A stretch of DNA of 64,000 bases from Paraspadella gotoi (Eukaryota; Animalia; Chaetognatha): assembly GCA_051294375.1 (NCBI GenBank), contig CM119271.1, positions 8,051,788-8,115,787 on the forward strand, read 5' to 3'. The translations under genes and the position numbers were made by a program. This document shows, in pieces, positions 40,030 to 53,251 of this stretch; the first letter of the stretch is position 1, and every line of letters starts with the position of its first letter. The notes under the pieces were generated by a model. The model did no database searches, was not told the DNA's origin, and was given only the letters and a program-made list of their open reading frames with translations.

Positions 40030-40700
40030 ATGCGCCGACCCTCGCTCTGACGGCGCTCTTGCTTTTCTCTGCGGCGTGACGATCAATTCCGTCATCGACG
40101 CCGCCGAGCAACACCAAAAGGAATCCTCGCCGAGGAGGAAGAGGGGCCGCGGCTGAAGCGCGACGTCGCGGCGCCACCCTGCGGCGAAGCTGCAGGGCCC
40201 GCCGCTGAGGCAGCCGCGTCTCGTCCGTGCATCAGTGGGAGCCACGGCAGAGACGCGAAGCGAATGGAATGGGCGGCGCCGCCGCCGATCTGGAATTCAA
40301 CCCGGATTCCGCTCTCAGGCGGTGAGAATGTTCGAGTTGGCTCCGCCTCCCGCGCCCCTAAATGGAGGGGCGTTTTTGCAGCAGAAGAGCCTTGCCGCCG
40401 CCCGCCTCCTCGCCGCTGTGAATATCGACGGACGTTTTGCGCGAAGGGTCTCACCGCCGCCACCTCCGCCGCCGATGAATTATCGACGCGGCGTTTTGCG
40501 AGATGGGCGCCACCGCCACCACCGCCACCACCACCCCACCCACCATCTTCCTCAATAATGGTGGAGGTTTTTGCGCAGAATCTGGCGCCGGCCCCCACCG
40601 CCGCCGCCCGCCGGGCTCCGCCATAATGGTGGAGGTTCTGCGCAGAATCAGCCGCCGGCCCCCACCGCCCGCCGCCGCCATCCGGATAGCTGACCGTTGA
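40030..40700. CDS. GC-rich coding-like segment (poly-Pro on +, poly-Gly/Ala on -), strand unresolved, frameshifted
   Basis: Sharp GC-rich island in AT-rich DNA. On + there is an acceptor ccttccttccccgctag|ATG and a duplicated unit ataatggtggaggtt.tgcgcagaatc..gccggcccccaccgcc (NGGGF.QN..PAPPPP-like). On - an ATG at 40681 gives MAAAGGGG. Confidence 0.45.
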
Positions 40701-41185
40701 TTTGTATTGGAACGAAAAAGAAAGTTATATCTTTCAAAAATTTAATTTCAGTATGTGCTTCAAATTTCAGTAAATGTTATTGTATGATAATTTTTTAAAT
40801 TAAAATCTGTACATTTTCAATTTACTTGTACTGGTTGTTATTATTTACGCTGGGTAATGTTAGCACAAAAGCGTCTCTTGCAATTTAAGATTTTTAGTAA
40901 ATTGTTCCGAATTCCATATATTTTTCTCGAAAAGAAATAGTTCTCTAATTATCGGGTCGTGTTTCTTTTTCTCTACAGACTGATCAATAATTTATTTTAA
41001 ACAGAACCTCCTTCGTTAAAACTTTGAAAGGGGTTGATTGTCGCATTAACAGTGAAATAATTAGAATTCCGAATATTATTCGAAGTATATCATTTTCTCC
41101 ATCTGTTGTTTATATAGTTATAAAAATGATACTCTAGGGAAGTAGCAAATCGGATACTGACAACTTCTTCCAAAGAAAAAAAAAA

Positions 41186-41330
41186 GGTTAAATTTAATTT
41201 TCGCCGACCGCGGTTTTGGCGGCTTTTAAAAAATCATTTAAAAATATATTATAAAAAAAATATTTAATTACCTTAACCTTAAACCCTCATTACCCTTAAC
41301 CCTAAATTATACTTAAACCTTCACCTTAAC
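41186..41330. mobile_element. Third, partial copy of the MITE-like element, inverted relative to 39721-39865
   Basis: ggttaaatttaattttcgccgaccgcggttttggcggcttttaaaaaatcatttaaaaatat matches the reverse complement of 39795-39865, then continues as ccttaac/ccctaa repeats. Confidence 0.6.
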
Positions 41331-42759
41331 TTCTCTTTGTGCTGTAAACGTAAATGGATGTATGTATGTAAACAGTAAATGGAGGACAAAGAAACGTTTG
41401 ATTTGGTGGCCAAAAGATATAAACTAAAGATTTAAGGGGGTGATAATGTGTGTTCAATCTGGGTGGTGAGATTGGCAAAAAAATAACTGAATAAAAAGAT
41501 CTATGGAAGAGGAGTTGTATATCGAAACACACAGCGTGGTGTTCAAAATTATATTAATCTTTAGACATTTGCTTGAACGGTGATTCGGACTACGAGTTAA
41601 AATCTGTGCGGCAACTTGGTATAGCAAGAAAGTCGAAATAAGCCAAAAATATAATCATCGGAGCTGGGCCTGTGTTCTTCGCTTAAGGCTTACCACAGTA
41701 ACTAATTAGAAACATAAATAATTCTAAAAATGCCATGAATGGATGCGAGCAAGGATTGCAGCATTCGGATGTTTGGTCCAGAATTTCCGAGAGGAGGAGG
41801 GGACGAGAAGAAGTTGGCAGAATAAAAAAAGTTGTTTCTCATTTATATCGCGTATATCGGTTTAAAAGAAGTGGGTAAGTTAGTGGAGGTGGTTGTGGGC
41901 GGGCCGTTGAATACGGGGAATTTACAAAGAGAAGAGAGAGGGCGCGATACCACGGACCACATTGAGAGTGGAGTTTTTTTAACAAAGGGCAGAAAAGAGA
42001 GAGAGGAGAGAGATGGAGAGAGAGAGAGAGAGAGGCAGAGAGAGAGAGAGAGAGACAATTAGAGACTGGAAATTGGCCTTTTTTTTTAAATCTCTGGGAC
42101 TCGAATAAGAAAGTTGTGAGATGAGAGTTTTAAAAACAAACAGAAAGAGGAAGAGGAGAGAGAGGTAGAGAGCAGAGAGAGAGAGAGAGAGAAGAGAGGA
42201 GAGAGAGAGAAGAGAGAGAAGAGAGAGAGAAANNNNNNNNNNNNNNNNNNNNNNNNNCAGTTAGTGAGTCGCCCCGACGGCTTCCTAATTGAAATGATTC
42301 TCTCGAATTAGTGTCTTCTAACTGCCGTTGATAGAGAAAGCTAAATAAAGTTGAGGCCATGTTAAGACCGAAGAATTTATGACCTGCGATATAGCCAGCT
42401 GTGACCCATCTCGGCCTATTCCTCGTGTCTTGCCGTGCCAGGTCATTGGTGATGATTTGAGTAGACGATATGACAATGTGCAAGAAGGATGATGTGGGAG
42501 ACAGACGGTTAGATCGATCCGCCCCTGTCATTCTTCGCTTGCCCAATTTTGAGACACGGTATCGTGGCAAGGAGGAGATTGAAAGCGCGTGAGCTTGAAA
42601 GAGAACTGGAATTGAATCACAGGACCGGACTTGGACTTAGTGAGATCGGATCTACTGCGATCAGGAGGAACTGGACCGGGACGAAGGAGTTATGTGTGTG
42701 TGAACGGAAAGTGACGAACATAGCGTCCTAAGCAGCGAGGGACAATGCGCGACGCACTT

Positions 42760-45700
42760 TGCCGACTTGACTATGAATTTACCGCGAAAATCCGTGGTAC
42801 TACTGAAGGTTCCCAGGAGCGCGCCAGCCCTCTCGGAATGAGCGGATAGTGTTTGCACAATAGTTATGCAGCGACACGAGCATTGCCGGTATACTGTGCG
42901 AAGAATCTCGTGTTAAAAACTCTATGCGAGGGTTTAGATGACGCATGACGACGACGAAGGTGACACTCATTGAGATTCAAGTAGTACCAGTAATCAGCAC
43001 CAGACTCTGACATGTTTTGTAACGTATCGCCAAACGCCGGGTCCGACGACGAAAAGTATCTATTCGTGGACCGTTCTCCCGTTCACGCATTTCAAACAGA
43101 CGGTGAGCCCAGGTGATCGACTGCGTATTTCCCTGGACAGTGCGAGACTCAAGACAGATGCAAATACGGGTTCGCATGTGATCTGCAATGCAGCGAACAT
43201 ACTGACACTGAAGCGCCAATCATTCTCTAATCGATTCAATGAGATTATCGAGGACCGATAAGACGCAGCACGTCGATGCACTTGCGTCTTGACACTAGGC
43301 TAGAAAGAGTTGGCTCGAATGCCAGCCATAAGAATCTCTCAAAGTGTTAAGATCTCTGCTCTAAAAATAGTAAAACAGAACTCTAGAAAATATTATGATC
43401 GTCGACGTGGATATATAGGGAACAAAGATGATGTATATCTGGGCATTACTTAGACTCGTAGATAATCGTTGAAAATCTAAATTCTGTATCCCGTAAAACT
43501 TGAGCCGAAGACTGGACCAACACACGACATTCAGGTTACGGTCGCCAAGTCGCTTCCGGATTCAGCGTGTTTATGGCAATTATTCTTATTTCACCGTAGT
43601 CCGTGCTCTCTCTCTCCTCCTCTCTCATCTTTTCTTCTCTGCTCTCTCTCATCTCTCACTCTATCTCTCCCTCTTACTGACTCTTCTCTCTCTACTCTCT
43701 CCAGGAAGATTTCGACATATTAGAAGTGGCGTTTTGTCTCAAGAATCCGCGATACAGAACTCCAGAGGAGCTTCATCGTTCGTTTCGTCGTACTCTCGTT
43801 TCTGCGTTGCCTGCTTTTTATAAACTTTCCTACTCTCGCGGATCCTGACTGGGATTCTCTACTCAGTTACATTCCTTCTCAAAGTACAGCACGATCTGCA
43901 GGCTAAGTTATAAGGCCCATCTTTATGGAAGTAGTTTCCATACAGGACGCTGAATGATGTCCCGGCCTTACTACGAGGAAATCGCCTTGATTCACCCATT
44001 TCTATAGAGATGTTCAAAGTACTCATAACGGCTCGTGCTCGCGACAGCGATAAAATTATTTACTGGCTAAACTCGCGACTTCTATTCTCTTATTCAGACA
44101 CTTTGCCTCTTTCGAATCTCTTGTCCTAGTCGTCCGCTACCGCAAGCGCTTCGTCTTTAAGAACGCTAGGTAAGTTGCCCGCTAGTTCTGGGATGGACTT
44201 TCAAAGTCAGCATCTTCACGCTAGGTAAGCCAATATTGGGCTGGCTTGATTTGTTTGCGTTCGGTTCTTGACTTTCGCTTGTAGAACAATCCTCTCTGCT
44301 GCCCAGAACGTGACCTGGTTCTCACGTATGTCGTCGGTAACTGGCTTTCTCGCTCTCTAGTCTAGTCATTAGTCTGTCTCCTGTTGCAACATGGCAAGAC
44401 GCAGCCTCAGTCTGCCATCCACCTCCCTCTCTTACTGCACTTCTCTGCTCGTGCGTGCTCTTCTGGCATTTGGGACGCCTTTGACGGCTCCAAAGGATCT
44501 GGTGGAGGAAGTGAGCCGTTACAAAGGAGCTCTGCTGGGACTTAAGTAAGCTGCAAGGCTTGGATAGAGACCTGGTCAATACGCCCTCGTGCCAAAAGAG
44601 GCGGCGTAAGGAAAGTCCCGCTAAGGTCGTACTACGCAAGGTTTCGACCAATTCAAAGTAAGTAATGACGTAATCGGTCGAGTTTGGATGGACAGACGGG
44701 ACAATGGTGAGAATTTGGCCGTGGTACCGTCGAGAGTCCAGTTCGAACTTACTGCGCTATAGCGCCACGAGCAACCAAGGTCATTAGGGGCAGAATAAAC
44801 GTTTGAATTTCTCGCGTCGATATAGTTTTTGGTTTGGCCGCCGTGTCGAGACTGGATTCGTTCGTGCGGAATCTGCTAGAGAATAGTCACAAACCCGGTA
44901 AGGCCCCGTCTCAACAAGATATTGCAGTTATTTCAATGAAAGTAGTTGGATTTGTATTAAAGCCTCATTGGAGAGACTACATAAACAAGATTCGCTATAA
45001 TTTGATTATCCCACCGATTATTCAGTCTGATTCGACTATTCTCCGTGGTTTACAAAGAGAGCACAGCAGAAACAGATGGTACGTGCGCATTGTACTATGA
45101 GAATTATACTATGCATAATTTCGGATTTCGTTCGCGTTTCATAGTGATGGCGTCACCGACCGTATGCAGGCGCCGCCGCGAAAGATTTCTATCATTCCTC
45201 AGCATCCACAACGAAGACCGTTCGCATTCCATCCAATGGGAGACGGATGTGGTTGAAAAGACATGTCGCTTCCAATTCAGGTTTAGTAACTGCCATGTGG
45301 ATAGGAACCGAATGCAGATGCGATGGAGAGGGGACGGGGCGGCGCTGAATGGGATACACGCCTGAAGAAGGCACAAGCAGTTAACCGAACGCCAAAATCT
45401 TCGTTACATTCTGTTTTCTGCTTTAAAATTCTCACCGGAAGTGAAAATGTTTTCCGATACGATTGTTATCCGGTGAAACGCGCGAAGATAACTATCGAGG
45501 CACGTTAGAGGGTTGCAAGACAGGCAATCGAGACATGTTCCACGCCTGTAATGGAACATATGTGGTCATGACTGGCGATACAAAAAAAATATTATGATCT
45601 TCCGTTCTAAATCCTGGTTGATATTGGGTGACAAAGTCTTTAGCGGAAAGTTTGACGATAAGCGGACCCATGGAAGGCTAAAGCATTTGCGCCTAATATT

Positions 45701-45820
45701 TTGAGTTCCACTTTTTTTGAAATTACTAAAAAATTGTCTGATGTAGAATTACGTCATTCGAACGTAAAATCCGGAAGAAACGGGTAAACTCACATGCAAA
45801 GTGCATTTGCGCACAGTCGT
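42760..45820 (+). mobile_element. Ty3/Gypsy LTR-retrotransposon pol region (RT - RNase H - integrase), heavily frameshifted
   Basis: Motifs read across frames in Gypsy order. RT: HQTLTCFVT..YSWTVLPF (42998-43084). RNase H end: YVVGNWLSR (44327-44353). Integrase Zn finger: LAVVP..HE..GH*GQNK (from 44715) and CRDWIRSCGIC (44844-44876). Core: YKESTAET, FGF..FHSD, FAFHPMG..VVEK, EWDTRL..AVNRTPKSS (45051-45405). C-terminal: QKKYYD (45581) and GDKV (~45627). No LTRs or YxDD motif were resolved. Confidence 0.82.
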
Positions 45821-46639
45821 AGAGAGAGCACAGCACCAGGAATACAGGATCAAAGCAAGAGGAAAACGTTCCACGACAAAGGAGAGCCGAAGTAATTCTG
45901 GATAGAACGACGAAGTTGTTGATCACCATCTGGTGCTAGCGGAGCTTCTGCTAGACGTTCTACCGATCGAGGAAGCTGCCCTCGAAACTACTGATTTTAT
46001 TTGGATGATTCAGTCGAAAGGTTTTGTAAGTAACGATGAATATATGACATTATATATGTTAACCAGTGTCTAATCAATACACATAATTGCTCGTCTATTT
46101 GTTCATTACTACATTTTATTCATTTATTCATATTGTTCGTCTCTTGATTAATTAGGATTAATTGTAGCGCTACGTCTGAGTTCGCAAACGAGCAAGCCAG
46201 GATCGGTGGAACAAAGGGCATCGACCGAGATTTCCGTTCCACCGAATAGTTCAGCCGCTCCTGAGTGTCTGGAAGGAGAATGAAAATATGGTTAGTTCTT
46301 CTGTTAATCCATTGAATCACATGGGTATCGATCTACCAGGATTGGTCGGTCAGTGGTTGTTTACTGTTTTTGATATTTATTCGCTGATCTATTAAAGTCT
46401 CCAATTAAGGCTCAATGTTGGAGTGGCGAAATCAAGATGAGAGAAAAATGGAGAATGATTGTAGTGAATGAATGGGTCTGATCGATCTATCTACGAGAAG
46501 CTGAGTTTCTTCCACTCTCTGTAGAAAGGAATATATTGCAATCCTTCTGCTAAGTATTAGGCTCAGTAGGTTCCGGTATTATAGTTATGTGTTCCTACGA
46601 CATTGTTGTAAACAAATTGACAAACTGCCCTTAATTATG

Positions 46640-47555
46640 TTAGAATCCAGTGGAGAGTCCCCCTCCTCGAAGTCGATGTCTTCGACAATCATACACCACG
46701 TCGGTCGCATCATCATCATCATCAACGACGTCATCCTCGGGCGCCGAGGGGAGAATGGCGCCGAGCTCGGCCTGGAGAGGACGCCCCCGAACCAGATCGC
46801 TCAGATTGCGGAGAAGGAGAGAGGACCGAGGAAGATGAATGAAGTGCCTGTGGATGGAGAGACTCCTGAGGAAGGAGTGACGAGCCGGGATGAGGACGAG
46901 CCCGAACGGGATCTCGCTTGATCCGGGAGATCCCGGCGCTGACGCCCTAGACCGTGGAACGGGATTCTCTCCCACGACGGAGAGAGTCGGGTCCTGGGTA
47001 TTCTCTGATTCCGGCCGGTGAGGAATTGCCGGTGACTATCGTAACGGACGATGCATCCAAGAGGAGGAGTCATGCACGTCCGCTCTTCGTCGGGATCCTC
47101 CCGCGCTGCAACAGGGAGTAGAAAAGGACAGCGGTACGCGGGAATCGCCTTTCGGACGTTGGCAGAAAATCATCTTGCGATGCTGGGCAAGTGGAGAGTG
47201 CGGGGTACTAAAAAGGCACAACAGAGCGGGGAAGAGGGGGAGCATGTGCGAGGCTCGGTGATGTGGCTGGGGACAAAATGCACCAGGACCTCGACGCCGC
47301 TTAGGACACCAGCTGAAGTCATCCGAGTGATGAGGCTGCGGACTGAGTGAGGAAGGTAAGACCAGCTGGGCACCCAGCTTGCGCCACGTTTGAATTTGTA
47401 CGACTCCCAGCCGACGATATAAATTCACTTCTCGGGAGAACCTAGCCGAAGTCAGGCATACCGCCAGATAGCTGCACACGAGGCAGTGCACTGGGGCGTG
47501 ATGACCTCTGCAACGCCGGGCAGGCGTTGAAGACAAGTTTGGCGAGAGCTAAATT
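46640..47555 (+). other. GC-rich coding-like block downstream of the Gypsy pol, unidentified
   Basis: ~900 bp high-complexity, purine-rich GC island with acidic/Arg-rich partial frames (ERTPPNQIAQIAEKERGPRKMNEVPVDGETPEEGVTSRDEDEPERD), flanked by AT-rich DNA. Confidence 0.35.
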
Positions 47556-48599
47556 GAATAAGTAAAATATAACTAAAATTAATACATATCTCAGTCAAAA
47601 TCTTGCAATTAACATGCCCATAATATTGCCAATACATATTTATTATGACGTTTTTAAGTCTGTAACGTTTATTTCATGTTTGTTGAAATAAGTCCGGAGA
47701 ATTATTTAGTTTTTTTCGTTCTATTCGAGTAGATGAGAACAACGTTTGTCAGTGATACACGATGCAAAATAATTTGATTTATTTCGAATAAAATCATTTT
47801 AGCCTTGATAATCTTCTGTAACGGATAAACGAGATTCTGTCAATGATATAAGCTATAATTAGGCACACTCACGAATTCATTTTGGCAGTGAGATGATATA
47901 AAGTGCATACTTTTGAAATTTATCTGCGTGTCAATATTTGAAACAGTGTATTTCGTGTCTTCTTTTCTTTGTATTCCAAACAACTCGATATAAGTCAGGA
48001 ATTATTATATTTTTCTTATTACCTTCCGGAACCGAGTACACATTAATTATCATAACTCAAGGAATTGTTGATTTATTTTCTATAGTTTCCTTCTAGGATA
48101 TCAGTAAATTAATTATTGATCATGACATATTTATTGTTACTTTCTTTTATGAACCATTCTCATGAGTCCGAGTACCAATAATACGGTTCCCTGAAATTTA
48201 GAAGTTCGAGTGGCTTAGTGGAAACAATGTCATTTTGTTTACGTATCGAAAAAGAGAGTTTTATTCCGATGAATGGTTAATTGAATAGCGAATTAACTAT
48301 TCCTATTGATTGCCTCAAGGTATTCCTAGATTAATTTGGCTGGCACGTTATCTGTGTGTATTCTGTCAATAGGAATGTGTTTTGATGGAATTCTCAGCAC
48401 GAAAAAACCAGCCGAAAATTCAAGAGACGAGAACCAGAAAATTGTCACATCCGCATGAGAGAAACTTGGAACCTTCAAAAACCGGAAGTGCGAGGAAAAA
48501 TTTGAAAACCGATAGAAGTTCTTTTCTTTTTTAATATTTTTTTTCCCTTCTCTTTCCTTCCTTTCTTTTTTTTTGTTTACTTTTCCTTTCGGCGAGCTA

Positions 48600-49740
48600 C
48601 GTGCCTTCCCCTTCGGTAACTCTTTCTATCAGTCTGGCGAGATCAGATTCTGGCTCGCACCTACAGCGCAGAGTGCAGGTGCGCTGAGGGAGATCAGGCC
48701 AGCGTAGGTACGAGCACCCTGAGCATGCCATCCGGATGAAGAGTGCGCACGCAGTGGAACAGCGCATTAACTTCTGATAAGAGCCGCAGAGAGAGAGGGC
48801 AATCCTCGAGTGTAGCAGGTGAAACTGCAGCGCTGTGCGAAGTACGCAGGGTGGATGGACTACCGGCAGAAGAAAATGAACCGGAAAGAGTAGCAGGTGG
48901 TGACGCAAGACGTGCCGTCGGCAAGGACGACATTTGAAAACGTCGCCGGAGAAAAAAGTAGATCATCACTTCTTATGTTCCGTCTCTTGTGGCTCATCGT
49001 CTCTCTCTCTCCCGGCGATATGTAGGGGATCGGAGGGTAAGAGAGGGGGCCGGTTCCAGTATACGGATGGTGCGAACGCGAGCAGACGTCAGGCACGACG
49101 GTCATATACAAGTGCGAGGAACGCGGGGAGCCAGCGATCGTCGTCGGCGGAGAAAGCGTGCGTATGCAGGAGGGAAGGCAAAACTAGTGCATGAGCAATC
49201 GTTTAGCATCGAGTAGAGGGTCACAGAGTTAAAATCATGCACCAAGCGGCGCGAGAACGTCAGAATAGGTCCTCGCGTGCGTGAAAGTCGTCTTGCAGAA
49301 ACTTGAGTTACATGGATATACTACGTTGCGCGACCGGGCGAGACTATATCACGCAGGTCTAGAGCCTCAAATAGCTGTTCACAGAGCGCATGTGAAAAAT
49401 TTACGGTTGCCGGGAACCACACGCATACAGGCGATTCATGTCTCTTCGTCATAGAGTCCAGAAGAAGCGTCTTGCAATAGAGCGCGTGAGGCACGAGGAT
49501 CGCGCGAAGATGCGACCCATTAGGGGGGTCAGATACGGTCAGTCGACAAATGCTGAGCACGTGATCTGAGAGAATCCGAGAGTAGTCTAGTGAAGGAGCA
49601 GATGATATTATCATGCTACTCATCGGCTCGTCTATTTTCCGCTTTTATTATCGAGCTTGAGTCGCTATATGTCTTCAACATGTCATAAGGACACGGCACC
49701 AGTGAACATAGTGAAGCAAAAGCTGAACGATCAATTGAGA
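48600..49740. other. Second high-complexity GC-rich block, unidentified (possible TE or exon remnant)
   Basis: Composition shift relative to the flanks. No continuous ORF or convincing motif. Confidence 0.25.
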
Positions 49741-49860
49741 GCACCAGAAAGTACCTCCTCCTCTTCCTCCTCCTCCTCCCTTTTTGACGACCAATCAAAA
49801 TTCAAGCCTACACCCGTTAGAGCTTTACCTTGAATTACCCTCTTCGCCTTCCTCTTCCTT

Positions 49861-50060
49861 GACGAGTTAGATGACGAAGACGACGACGAAGATGGCGACG
49901 ATTTAGATGACGATGACGACGTCGAAGATGACGATGACGACGACGTAGATGACCATGATAAAGACGACGACGACGACGACGAAATTTCAGAAGTAGAAAA
50001 AACGACGACCATGACGACGACGATGACAAAGAAAACGATGATGACGAAGACGAAACTGAC
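49861..50060 (+). repeat. Degenerate (GAC/GAT)n tract, poly-Asp if translated
   Basis: Reads DELDDEDDDEDGDDLDDDDDVEDDDDDDVDDHDKDDDDDDEISEVEK in one + frame. Confidence 0.75.
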
Positions 50061-50265
50061 AATGAGCGACCCACAAAAACGAAAGGACCGATAAGGCGCA
50101 GCCTTTAACCAAGACGACGATGACAATAAATTTTAAAAGAAAACGACAAAAATGACAAGAATAACGACAAATATTTAGATGACAGATTATTGTATAGATA
50201 GTATAGTATAATTAAACTGACGAAGATGACAACGACATCATCGACAAACTCCGACAGAGACAACT

Positions 50266-50302
<37 letters not shown>

Positions 50303-51289
50303 NNNNNNNNNNNNNNNNNNNNNNNNNNNNNNNNNNNNNNNNNNNNNNNNNNNNNNNNNNNNNNNNNNNNNNNNNNNNNNNNNNNNNNNNNNNNNNNNNN
50401 NNNNNNNNNNNNNNNNNNNNNNNNNNNNNNNNNNNNNNNNNNNNNNNNNNNNNNNNNNNNNNNNNNNNNNNNNNNNNNNNNNNNNNNNNNNNNNNNNNNN
50501 NNNNNNNNNNNNNNNNNNNNNNNNNNNNNNNNNNNNNNNNNNNNNNNNNNNNNNNNNNNNNNNNNNNNNNNNNNNNNNNNNNNNNNNNNNNNNNNNNNNN
50601 NNNNNNNNNNNNNNNNNNNNNNNNNNNNNNNNNNNNNNNNNNNNNNNNNNNNNNNNNNNNNNNNNNNNNNNNNNNNNNNNNNNNNNNNNNNNNNNNNNNN
50701 NNNNNNNNNNNNNNNNNNNNNNNNNNNNNNNNNNNNNNNNNNNNNNNNNNNNNNNNNNNNNNNNNNNNNNNNNNNNNNNNNNNNNNNNNNNNNNNNNNNN
50801 NNNNNNNNNNNNNNNNNNNNNNNNNNNNNNNNNNNNNNNNNNNNNNNNNNNNNNNNNNNNNNNNNNNNNNNNNNNNNNNNNNNNNNNNNNNNNNNNNNNN
50901 NNNNNNNNNNNNNNNNNNNNNNNNNNNNNNNNNNNNNNNNNNNNNNNNNNNNNNNNNNNNNNNNNNNNNNNNNNNNNNNNNNNNNNNNNNNNNNNNNNNN
51001 NNNNNNNNNNNNNNNNNNNNNNNNNNNNNNNNNNNNNNNNNNNNNNNNNNNNNNNNNNNNNNNNNNNNNNNNNNNNNNNNNNNNNNNNNNNNNNNNNNNN
51101 NNNNNNNNNNNNNNNNNNNNNNNNNNNNNNNNNNNNNNNNNNNNNNNNNNNNNNNNNNNNNNNNNNNNNNNNNNNNNNNNNNNNNNNNNNNNNNTTTCCC
51201 TCCCAAGGGAGAAATCCTTGGGGAGACGAGAAGAGCTTCAGTCTCTAGAGTGCAGCTCCAGACGGTGTCACTCTAAGACACGGCGACAA

Positions 51290-51325
<36 letters not shown>

Positions 51326-52007
51326 TAAGCCATTACGAGATTAGAATGGGGAAGAATATGAGAAGGAGATTGGGTTGTCGCTCGTGGTAGTGATTGTTAT
51401 TGCAGACGTGATTGGCGCTACGCGGTATTCGCTCGTCTCGGGTCGTTAGTCGCGGTTTCGTCGTTCGTCGTTCGTCGNNNNNNNNNNNNNNNNNNNNNNN
51501 NNNNNNNNNNNNNNNNNNNNNNNNNNNNNNNNNNNNNNNNNNNNNNNNNNNNNNNNNNNNNNNNNNNNNNNNNNNNNNNNNNNNNNNNNNNNNNNNNNNN
51601 NNNNNNNNNNNNNNNNNNNNNNNNNNNNNNNNNNNNNNNNNNNNNNNNNNNNNNNNNNNNNNNNNNNNNNNNNNNNNNNNNNGTTCGTCGTGGTTCATCG
51701 TCGTTCGTCGTTCGTCGTTCGCCTTTGTTCCTCCTCGTTCGTCTTTGGCGTCGACTCAAGACTCCACTCGACTCGAGTCCGAAGGTCGAGAGTTCGAATC
51801 CTTAATTTTTCTCTGGAGAAAAAGAATTCGTCTTCACTCGAGACTCGTTTGTACGAATCGAGAGAAAAAGAGAAAAAGAGAAAAAATTTAAAAACTAAAG
51901 CCGAAAAAAAACAACAAAAACTTTTTGTTTATTTTTTTAAATTGTTGGTTCTGTTCGATATTTTTACAATTACGCGTTATAAGATTAGCCGGCATGATAA
52001 TTATCTG

Positions 52008-52765
52008 GTGATAGATACTATTATTTACTAATTTTTTTTTACGTCCTGATTTATTTATCGAACCGATTGGGCGATATTATGAGTGTAAATTTAGAAGGAG
52101 CTTGAAAATTTAACAACGTGATTATATATTGTACATAATATATATAATTATATATAACGACGACGACGACGCNNNNNNNNNNNNNNNNNNNNNNNNNNNN
52201 NNNNNNNNNNNNNNNNNNNNNNNNNNNNNNNNNNNNNNNNNNNNNNNNNNNNNNNNNNNNNNNNNNNNNNNNNNNNNNNNNNNNNNNNNNNNNNNNNNNN
52301 NNNNNNNNNNNNNNNNNNNNNNNNNNNNNNNNNNNNNNNNNNNNNNNNNNNNNNNNNNNNNNNNNNNNNNNNNNNNNNNNNNNNNNNNNNNNNNNNNNNN
52401 NNNNNNNNNNNNNNNNNNNNNNNNNNNNNNNNNNNNNNNNNNNNNNNNNNNNNNNNNNNNNNNNNNNNNNNNNNNNNNNNNNNNNNNNNNNNNNNNNNNN
52501 NNNNNNNNNNNNNNNNNNNNNNNNNNNNNNNNNNNNNNNNNNNNNNNNNNNNNNNNNNNNNNNNNNNNNNNNNNNNNNNNNNNNNNNNNNNNNNNNNNNN
52601 NNNNNNNNNNNNNNNNNNNNNNNNNNNNNNNNNNNNNGGGAAAAGAAATTGATAGAGAAGAAAAGAAAGTGAAAGAAAAGAAAAGAAAAAACAAAAGACT
52701 TCCCCTGCCGGGCCCTCTGCCTCGACTTCCCGGCGCTGGATCAGCGAAGAAGACTCCAGCCTCTC
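52008..52765 (+). repeat. Direct duplication copy 1 (partner 53735-54516), middle is N
   Basis: 52008-52172 matches 53735-53912 and 52638-52765 matches 54355-54516. The N run is about the length of the intervening sequence in copy 2. Confidence 0.9.
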
Positions 52766-53251
52766 AAAGAAGAGAAAGAGAGAGAGAGCAAAAAGTTTCC
52801 AACACAAAGTTCAGAAAGGATCAGCAGAAGTGAAGACAGGCTGAAGGTAAGGACAGCCAAAACAATTCCGTTTTTCTATGAAAATAAAATCGTTGTGAAA
52901 ACATTATTTCAAACTTTTTTATAAATTTAAAACAACGAAAAAGAAAGGTTATATTAGATATGCAATATGAAATTAAAATCAAACAGGGGGTGGGGGTACA
53001 ACCAGTCTGATGTCTACTTTCAATTAGAAAATTTTTTTTTAATTCTATTTTAATGCTAACAAAATACGATATTACTATATAATGATAATTTTTTTTAAAA
53101 ATAAATCATAGATTATTTTGATGGATCTGATAGAGCACAAAAAATTAAATAAAATATAAGTTTAACTTTTAAAATTTTCTGGGTTAAAAATTAAGAAAAA
53201 ATTTACGGCGCCAGGAACTATTTTCTAATTATCAATTGGAAATATTCACAG

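Noticed and set aside
41340-46600. LTR pair flanking the Gypsy pol
   Set aside because: No direct repeat, PBS or PPT could be identified by eye. A 25-N gap at 42233 breaks upstream continuity.
49050-49085. YTDG (RNase HI-like motif) in ORF 48934-49194
   Set aside because: Isolated 4-residue match with no further RNase H or RT motifs nearby.
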